Shown here piece by piece: positions 26,436 to 34,115 of a DNA stretch of 34,115 bases; within the stretch, counting starts at the first letter, position 1; every line of letters starts with the position of its first letter. The DNA comes from Catajapyx aquilonaris (lineage: Eukaryota): contig JYFJ02004178.1 in NCBI GenBank assembly GCA_000934665.2, forward strand, positions 1 through 34,115. The letters are read 5' to 3'. The position numbers and the translations under genes were made by a program. The notes beneath the pieces were generated by a model, which saw only the letters and a program-made list of their open reading frames with translations, searched no databases and was not told the origin of the DNA.

Positions 26436-29400
26436 CTACAAAGGCATGGGTTGCTTCTTCTTTTTGGGTAAGAATCGATCCAGCACTTTCTTGGGGGTTT
26501 CTTTTTCTTTCGCAGCACCCTTGGTTTCCAAGAATTGGTCCCTGCGTTTCAGTGCTGCTTTCACAGTTCTCTGATGATATAAAATTATAATTAATTCAAT
26601 TCATCTGCATATGCATTTACTTGAGGTATTAAAGTTAGGAAAGCAAAATAATGCCCTACTTAGAAATAAAATTCAGAAGAATAAGTTAAGAAATAATATG
26701 AACACTACAGTACCAGAGCCAATAATTGAAAATTAGCGATAATTTTTCAGGCATAATATTCAGTACTTACCAGTTTCACTTCCTGCTTGTGCCCCTTTTT
26801 CACCTTAGCCACCTTGACTGAACCACCTCTTCTGTGCACACGGCGTGGCTTGAAATCGATTTTCTGTGGTCGCACGTACTGAAGTAAAAGAAAACATTAG
26901 ACCCAAATGCTGCTCATGATAAGTATTCGCAACAATGCTTACCAAAAGTTTCTTTTTGGCTTCCAGTTTCTCCTCCATTGTTGGGATGTCAACATCGCCC
27001 AGATCATGAGGATCCAAGCAGATCATTTCAGGCTGGACCTGTAAAATTGAATCACATTGTTATTATGAAATATTGTATCAAGGTGGAACGCAGCTTGTTT
27101 CTTGTCAGTCACTTGTACAAAGCCTCACTCCACCACTGAACATAAATGAATTATCTACCGTGTGTTTATCCTTCCACTGCAGCAGTTACCACACAATTAC
27201 TCGGAATTATAAACCCACCTGCCCACAATCTAGTTAAGTGGAAGGCTGAATAAAAGTACTATGACTATGATACATCATTTATCTTCAATGTCACAACCAA
27301 TTAAACCTATTTGACAGTTTGCAAGCAGATGTGCAGATAAAAGACCGAAATAACAAGTACCTTTTCAAGAAGAGCCTTGACCTCCGCCTCCTTTCTCTGG
27401 CTCTTAGTCTGGAATGGATTCCTCTCCAATGCGTCAAAGTTGGGCTCTCCAGCCCCAGGGACGAGGATGCTGCTGAACCCATCCAAGTGGCCAATTCCCA
27501 ACACATCTTCAAAAGGGCAGAATTCCACCTGGGTCACAGTACGACCCAACTTGTGGCGAATGTAGGGACCTGCCACTTGCTTTGTGCAACAATCTTTGTA
27601 CACATGAATCAGGTTGCCAATACCTGTGGCCAGCAACCCACGCTGACTAAATGAAAGGGTGGCTGCACCCATGCCTATTTTGTACGACTGGAGTTGCTTG
27701 AACGTGCGGACATCCCATATTCTCAGGCTCTGGTCCACTGCAGATGTCGCCAGGTATCTATAATGGGCAGGTTAAATTAAACTCATTGACCTGAATGTTG
27801 AACTGTTGGTAGGAAACTAAATTGCAGTAGTACCTAGATGTTCCTTTAAAGATAAGGACATTACACAAAAATGTTGTTTATTCACCATGCTCAGGCCTCC
27901 CCAGTTGTAACTTTCCATATGGTTGTGAAAGACTCACAAATGAAGTGGTTGAAAATGTATGTCTTCCAAAAGCCTCTGCCTCCATAACTCATACAAACTT
28001 GACAGAACATGTCACAGGAGGATAAAAATCAATGGCCAATTTACCATACATGGTGGAGTCACACAGATAATCTTACATGTCAGACTGAAGATACATGTAT
28101 GAAATTGGAATGAGTTAGAATAATTAGTCCCTTTACTGCTCATGTGATATCTATAACCTTTCAATATTACACATAATGCACCATTTCAACATTGAGATTC
28201 TGTGATAGTCTGGGCATACATTTATGATTAAATCATATGATGTTTGCTCACATCAATATTCAGGAGCATGCTCACAATCATGTGAGCAGAAACTTATCAC
28301 ATGCTTGCAAAGCAATAAATGTTGGAGAGTGCTGATGCCCCAAGTGAAAACCCTGCATGTGTGGTTTTTATCATTTCGAGATAAGCGCATTTGAAGTTTT
28401 CACTTTCCATTGAAAAGGATATACAGTACATACATGGTTTTACTATGCCCCTAACTTTGCAATGGAGACTCGTAGAGAAACAAGGTTTGTACCATTACGT
28501 CGGCCGCATAAAGGGGAGTGCAGTGGTATGCTTAGCTGAACATATATGGTTATTGCACATACATGGTCTTTGCTTGGGGCATCAGAGAGTGGTCCTTCAT
28601 CAGTCACCTGTAATATGTTAGCATGACAACCATTACCTTCCAGTGCTGTCCACAGTGATGGCTCGGACAGGCTGCGCATGACACAGTATCTTGGCCACTG
28701 GCTGACGTTGGCTGGGTACCCACATTGCCACAACACCTTGAAATAAGCAGAGCGCAAAATCATACAACAACATGGGCAATACATCATGTTCCCTTGTGGA
28801 AGGGCTTTTTCAAAGTGTTCTTAATTTTGAAAATTAATAACAGAGGAAACCATAGTAAATCAAAGACTAATGCCACCTTGGCATCAGAAGTTCTGACGGT
28901 ATCAAAATAAGTGTGACTGAGAGCAAGAGTAGGGCTGTGAATATTGGAAAGACTCAGGTACCTTTTGCATGACCAGTGCATATGACTGCATTGGTAGGAT
29001 TCTGACACATGACATCCAGTCGTCCCAGGTGACCATTGTACTGCGCTACCAGCTTGCCAATGGAGACGTCCAACCAGCTCAAGTAGCCTTTGTCACTCTA
29101 GATTTGTAAAAAGTTCAACAAAATCAGTCTTTTTTCCCTGCAACTTGCAACTGGACAACTTACAGCAGTAGTGAGAAGAAAGTGGTAGGGCAAGAACTCC
29201 ATGTTGAGCACCCTGTGCAGTGTCTTAATGCAGTGCAATTCAATTCCGTTGTTGTCGTACATGTACACATGGTCCTTCTGAGCAGCCGCAAACATGGTCT
29301 CAATGTGGAGCCACTGGACATCATGAACTGACTCCATCACATTAAGTTCACACGCCAAACGTTTGGTGACCCAGTCAAAGGCAGCCAGGTGTCCTTTCTT

Positions 29401-31437
29401 CCCTCCCAGAACCAAGTGACGTCCATTCAATGTGTAGGAGAAGCGATATGGAGCGTACTGGGGCAGGTTGAGGTCGAAGCGCTTCACGGCACTCAGCATA
29501 TCCACTGAGTCAACTATCTGCTTCTGGGGTACCTGCCACGTCAGCTCATTCTTAGCGGGCACCATATATCTGAAAGAAGTGAATTTTACAGACATGGGTT
29601 ATTGATGACTTATACAGTGTGACGGTATGAAATATGATAACAACACATTACTTGCCAACATAATGAACAAGGGTGGCAAGAACTAGAACACCATTTAAAA
29701 GAAATAAATTATTGAAAACTATGCACAACTTTTAACTTCACATAGCTAGTGTACGTTTCATAGCTCTGGATTGTTTCTGACAGTACCATTTTGTCATAAT
29801 CTGAGCTGGCACCAGGAGAGATGACTATGAAAATGCCAAGAAAACCATGGCATAATACTCGGAAGATTAAGAAACATGTAATGGCTACCTTCACCTCACC
29901 ATTTGGCCGTCCAAATTCACAGGGTCATGCTAAGTCAATGCAAAAGTTAGAATGAATCACTAACCCTCCCTCTTCCTGGAGCAAAATCTCTGCTCTGGCC
30001 ATTTGCTCCACACTGAAATCCACCTTCTCCTCAGCCACCTTCAGCTGCTTCTGCCGCAGCTTGGTCTTGATGCGTGAGAAATTCTTGATCCCTTCTCCCC
30101 TGCTGTGCTGCTTCATTTTTGCTTTGGACACTGGAACTCTCCCTTGATATGGGTTTTGGGACTTGGCTTCTGGTCTCAAATGACCTCCTTTTCCCTGGTG
30201 ACCTTGAGAGTGTGGTTGGCCTCTGACCTTCTGATGGTTTGGTTGACCTGCCCTGCCTTGATAGGAAGTGGCGCCACTCTTCCCTCGATTAGAGTTGCTT
30301 CTCCACATGTGTGCGCCCTGCAGTTTGGGCCTGAAAACCTGCACTTCATCTTGCACGTCTTCTGCAGGCTGGGTAAAGTAGCGGGTTGTCTGAAAGGAAC
30401 ACATAACAGATAATTCCTCAGTAGGATTATAGCACATTGAAGTACTACAGAATATTTGTCACACTCAAGTTACCACGTACTGAGTCATCAAAATGTTTTT
30501 CTTTGTGACATTTCTGTGTGTGATGAATATGTTAGGCCCAAACCCCGAAAACGGCCATTGAGTGAAAAAAAAACGAGAATCTCGCGAAATGCCAATTTGA
30601 TTTTTTTTTCCCACTGGGGTTTGCGCCTAACATAATATATACTTTATAATGATTGTCCATACAGGGCACAATCTACGCACTTGGAGAGTAGGAAGGTAAG
30701 GAAAGATTTACAGAGCATGTTCTGGTATGAAAAAATGAGCCATCGTTTTTTCTTTGGACACTGGATATGTGCTTTGGGCTCGGTTTTGGGACCTGGCCTC
30801 AAGTGACCTCCTTTTCCCTGCTGTGAGTGTGGTTTGCCTCTGACCTTCTGATGGTTTGGTTGACCTGCCCTTCCTTGATAGGAAGTGGCGCCACCCTTCC
30901 CTCGATTAGAGTTGCTTCGCATGTGTACGCCCTGGAGTTTGGGTCTGAAAACCTGCACTTCATCTTGCTCCTCTTCGGCAGGTTGGGTAAAGTAACGTGT
31001 TATCTGAAAGGAACACATAACAACAGATAATACCTCAATAGGATTCTGGCAGATGAAGTACCCTACCACAGAATATTTGTCACACTCGTAAGTCACCTAC
31101 TGATGGTCGTCAAAATGTTTTTCTTTGTGACATTTCTGTGTGATGTATATAATGGTTACCCATGCAGGCCAGATTTTCATAGCACGTTCTGGTATGCACA
31201 AATGAGCCACCATGTACAGTACGGCACATGAACGCTGAGTGGTACCAAAGTGGTACTGTGTGCAGTCCAACTCGCACCAAAAGTTGCAAAATCCAATGCG
31301 AATTTCCACTCAGTCGGCTCCACCTGTTTCCCCACGTCCCCCTGATCCGGGCCTACCTTTTTCTTGGGTGTCCCCATCCCGGATTTCCCTCTCTTCGCTT
31401 GCTTCGCCTCCTGTCCGCGTGCTTCTCTGGACGCCAT
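26436..31437 (-). CDS. WDR46: WD repeat protein 46 / Utp7 (SSU processome, BING4CT domain)
   Basis: Exons 31437-31357, 30389-29965, 29569-29164, 29097-28962, 28736-28637, 27757-27361, 27038-26943, 26878-26771, 26570-26436 (TAG). Motifs [37 protein letters not shown] and [12 protein letters not shown]...[37 protein letters not shown]. Confidence 0.95.
28332..28585. mobile_element. MITE-like element with 6-bp TSD in a WDR46 intron
   Basis: Perfect 13-bp TIR CTGATGCCCCAAG / CTTGGGGCATCAG, degenerate to ~30 bp, flanked by AGAGTG on both sides (28326-28331, 28586-28591). Confidence 0.65.
30123..31212 (-). repeat. Tandem duplication of WDR46 intron 1 3' part plus the 5' part of exon 2 (units about 30123-30745 and 30754-31212)
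   Basis: Both units contain the acceptor CTTTCAG followed by (T/I)[21 protein letters not shown]. Both share intronic blocks (CAAAATGTTTTTCTTTGTGACATTTCTGTGTGTGATG; GTTCTGGTATG..AAATGAGCCA). Confidence 0.92.
30530..30632. mobile_element. Short MITE inserted in one copy of the WDR46 duplication
   Basis: TIR TGTTAGGCCCAAACCCC / GGGGTTTGCGCCTAACA with TA on both sides. Absent from the paralogous position (~31148) of the other copy. Confidence 0.7.
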
Positions 31438-31768
31438 CTTGCCAGGAGGAAAACAAACGCACGTCGTAAAGCAATGTTGCCAGTTGAACTCATTTTCTCT
31501 TGCTCCTTATTGGAAGCGATCATCTAAATTATTATCCAACCTTCTTCTTACAAATGTGAATGTATTTAAAACTGCATCAAGTTTTCAAACGGAAGTTTGA
31601 AATACTGATTATGAGTGGAGAGTATGGCAACTGTGTGATCCTGGTGGCGCCACCTGTTGGGAGGAGGTTGAACCGCATGGCCCACGCTACGATACGGTAA
31701 ATTTGACGTGCATTTTGTCGCACTCGGGGTCGGCCAGTGGCCTCGCCCCTGTCCTCCTCCCGGTGGCC
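31438..31768. promoter_or_regulatory. Bidirectional promoter region WDR46/ZZZ3
   Basis: Head-to-head ATGs 331 bp apart. YY1-like CAAGATGGCG overlaps the WDR46 start; CTCF-like CCAACAGGTGGCGC (- strand, 31647-31660). Confidence 0.7.
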
Positions 31769-34115
31769 ATGTCGGCGTCCCCCGCCACCCAGGACTCGTC
31801 CAAGAAGCCCCCGGACCTACCACCACCACCAGACCCAGGGCCATCCACCAGCAGCCGCGGGATGAAGAAGAAGGAAGAGGAGGTTGCGGACTCCACGTTT
31901 TGCTTCGAGTCGGACCAGCTGGTGCTGAGGGGGAACCAGGACTACTGCAACCTCATGAAGACCCTCACCACGCTGCTGGCACAGAGGTCCGCCGCCACAA
32001 GGGTACGAAAAGGAGTGGAAAAAGTCGGGATGGATGGATGTGCCTGGGGATACGGTCGCGTTGCCTTTGTCTCATGGAGACTGACTCACTCCTTGAGGGG
32101 TGCCATCCGAGCACCCTCCGTCTCCCTTTGCTTCAATCAGGTCATATCTGGTTGAGAGCAGGTCGGGCACTTTGGATATTTGGGGCTGCAGATTTGGATG
32201 CAGCAGATTAAGGGCAAGAAATGGTCAGGTTTCACCATGCACTATATTGGCAGCTGGTTGTATCATGGTGCACCATGCCATAACAAGAGCCTCATATCAT
32301 CCCATGTGGTGACTCTTCCTGCACCTTGTCCTGCCACCAGGGAATGGCGTTACTGTTCATAGCTGCGGATTGCATGCACATTCCTTTCAATTGGGGCAAT
32401 TTCGCTAACTTTTACAACAGAACAACGAGGAACATTGTAAATGTGATAGTGACAGTTAATTTTAAGTATTGAACACCTTTCATCACTGGATATAAAGGTA
32501 GGCTTCCTTATAGAGTTCTGTGCTTTTAAAGAAAGCCAAACTTCTTTAACTCGAATCTTCTATAACTCGAAGTTTTTCCTGGACCCATGGAGATTCGACT
32601 TTAGATGTTTTACTGTATCATAATATAAAATTTAATATTTTAAAACCATGGACAAGGATATGGGGGGAACTGCAGTTGCTTCTTTTCACATAGGCTTGTT
32701 GTATTCTCTTGCATGCTTTTAGTATATTTTTTTAATGTGGGAAAGAGAAGCACTTCTGAAATACATTATTACTAAAAATGTGGAGGTGAAAGAGAATAGG
32801 TGCAGGTCTGATATAACTCTTGATACAACTCTGTACATGTCAGACATCTGGAGAGTAACCTCGTGCACACTACACCTTCAACAATATATAATCTTTCAAT
32901 TCCTCACCAGGATCTGGAGAAACTGCTAAAACTTAAAAGTGAGGTGAAGAAAGACGCATCAGCACTTGTAGAAAGTCTTCGTAGAGGTGAAAAGTTGGAC
33001 ATAGGTGGAGCGATGAGAATAGCTGAATTGCCATCCATAGACTGGAGCAAATACAACAACTGCCTTCCATGCCCCACCTCCACCAGACCTGTGACCCGAC
33101 TTGCAAGCGGTGTCGTGACCCAGGAGAGTGGGACTTTCAAGACTACCAGGCCTCGACCAAATGGGGGTAAAGCTACAGTGCAAAGGACTGTGCGAGGCAG
33201 GCCATATGATGACTCCAAACCTGAAACGTTCAACCAGGTCAGTTGATGCTTGCTGCTATTTTCCAGGGCAATGTTTCCACTTTGGTGGAGAAGGCAATTG
33301 GCCATCTATTCATCCATAGAGGAAGCACATTTTGACAGAAATGTAAAGAGTAAAACAGTATGGACAGGCATTGTTTTGAAGTGCTGGCACATTAGCCAAA
33401 TCTCCTCAGGCTGCCATGCATTAGGTGAAATAATTTCATGAGGGAGTGAATTGTGTGAAGCATTTTTAGATGCAAACTTTTGTTAGCTTTGTAAAATCTG
33501 GAGAACTGGTGTCTGCATAACATCACTTGAAATAGAAAAGAAAATGTGGGGTCGCCTTGTCTTCAGCGAAAAGTGAAAAAAGGTCCCCCTGACCTGTGCG
33601 GTCTTGCTTTTGTGCACTTTTCTGGAACCAAAAGCTCAGAAAAATCTGTTTATCGTCAAAGGGATTTCAATATTTTTGTGTACTGAGGGCATCCTATTCT
33701 TGCAAATGAGGAGACAAATATGTATGATTCTTTGCATGCACCGAAGCAGGTTGGCATAGTGGATAAGGCGTCCGACTGCTAATCGGGAGGTCCTGGGTTC
33801 AAATCCCGGGAACGGCAACTCTGACCGTGGTTTTCTGTGGTTTCCCACGGTCCTTCCAGGAAAATTCCGGAGTCGCTTCCGTAATTAATAGGCCACAGCT
33901 GCTTCCTTCCGTCCCTATCCTATCCCAAAGAGCACAGTAAAATGAAAAGCAAAGAGTTCCAGGCAAAACAAACTTCCCCCCTAAAGAGCCGATGGCTGAT
34001 AACGGGGTATGAATTATTATTCTTTGCATGCTTCTTGATGATTTTATTCTTGATTTTTAGCCTTGGAGTGTAGAAGAGCAGCGTCGCCTTGAGGAACTTC
34101 TAATGGAATACCCAC
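31769..34115 (+). CDS. ZZZ3: ZZ-type zinc finger-containing protein 3 (ATAC complex subunit), 5' partial
   Basis: Exons 31769-32002 (FCFESDQLVLRGNQDYCNLMKTLTTLLAQR), 32911-33237 (DLEKL...LPSIDWSKY...KPETFNQ) and 34061->34115 (PWSVEEQRRLEELLMEYP, start of the Myb/SANT-like domain). Confidence 0.9.
32538..32617. mobile_element. Decayed pogo/Tigger-like MITE fragment
   Basis: Repeated TAACTCGAA motifs and a terminus ...GATGTTTTACTGTA typical of CAGTAAAAC-type TIRs. A similar terminus occurs near 22340. Confidence 0.4.
33740..34018 (+). mobile_element. tRNA-derived SINE with 13-bp TSD
   Basis: A box TGGCATAGTGG and B box GGTTCAAATCC. Central block GTGGTTTTCTGTGGTTTCCC..CCAGG..GGCCAC..CTTCCTTCC resembles conserved insect SINE bodies. 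ATT tail; TSD ATTCTTTGCATGC at 33727-33739 and 34019-34031. Confidence 0.9.

Noticed and set aside
28350..28445. U17/snR30-like motifs (ATATCCTT, AAACCAC) on the minus strand
   Set aside because: Imperfect matches, wrong spacing to ACA, and the region lies within a TIR/TSD-bounded element.
33746..33817. tRNA-Ser(GCT) gene
   Set aside because: The acceptor stem does not pair, there is no long variable arm, and it is the head of a SINE with TSDs.

Overview
Gene-dense, intron-rich eukaryotic DNA from an arthropod. The alpha-spectrin sequence and the tRNA-derived SINE suggest an insect; this is inference. Five protein-coding genes were reconstructed by hand from GT-AG splice sites: alpha-spectrin (+, 28 constitutive coding exons, about 2414 aa, plus two in-frame optional microexons), Mps1/TTK kinase (-), SCFD2 (+), WDR46/Utp7 (-) and the 5' part of ZZZ3 (+). 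They alternate tail-to-tail and head-to-head with very short intergenic gaps. The introns carry material the ORF track misses: a duplicated box C/D snoRNA, a ~250-nt C/D-like long-hairpin RNA candidate and several hairpin+ACA (H/ACA-like) candidates. They also hold at least seven palindromic or TIR elements (CACTA, mariner foldback, a 6-bp-TSD MITE and others) and a SINE with a 13-bp TSD. WDR46 carries an internal tandem duplication that creates a possible nascent mutually exclusive exon 2. All structures and alignments were read by eye; nothing was computed or searched.
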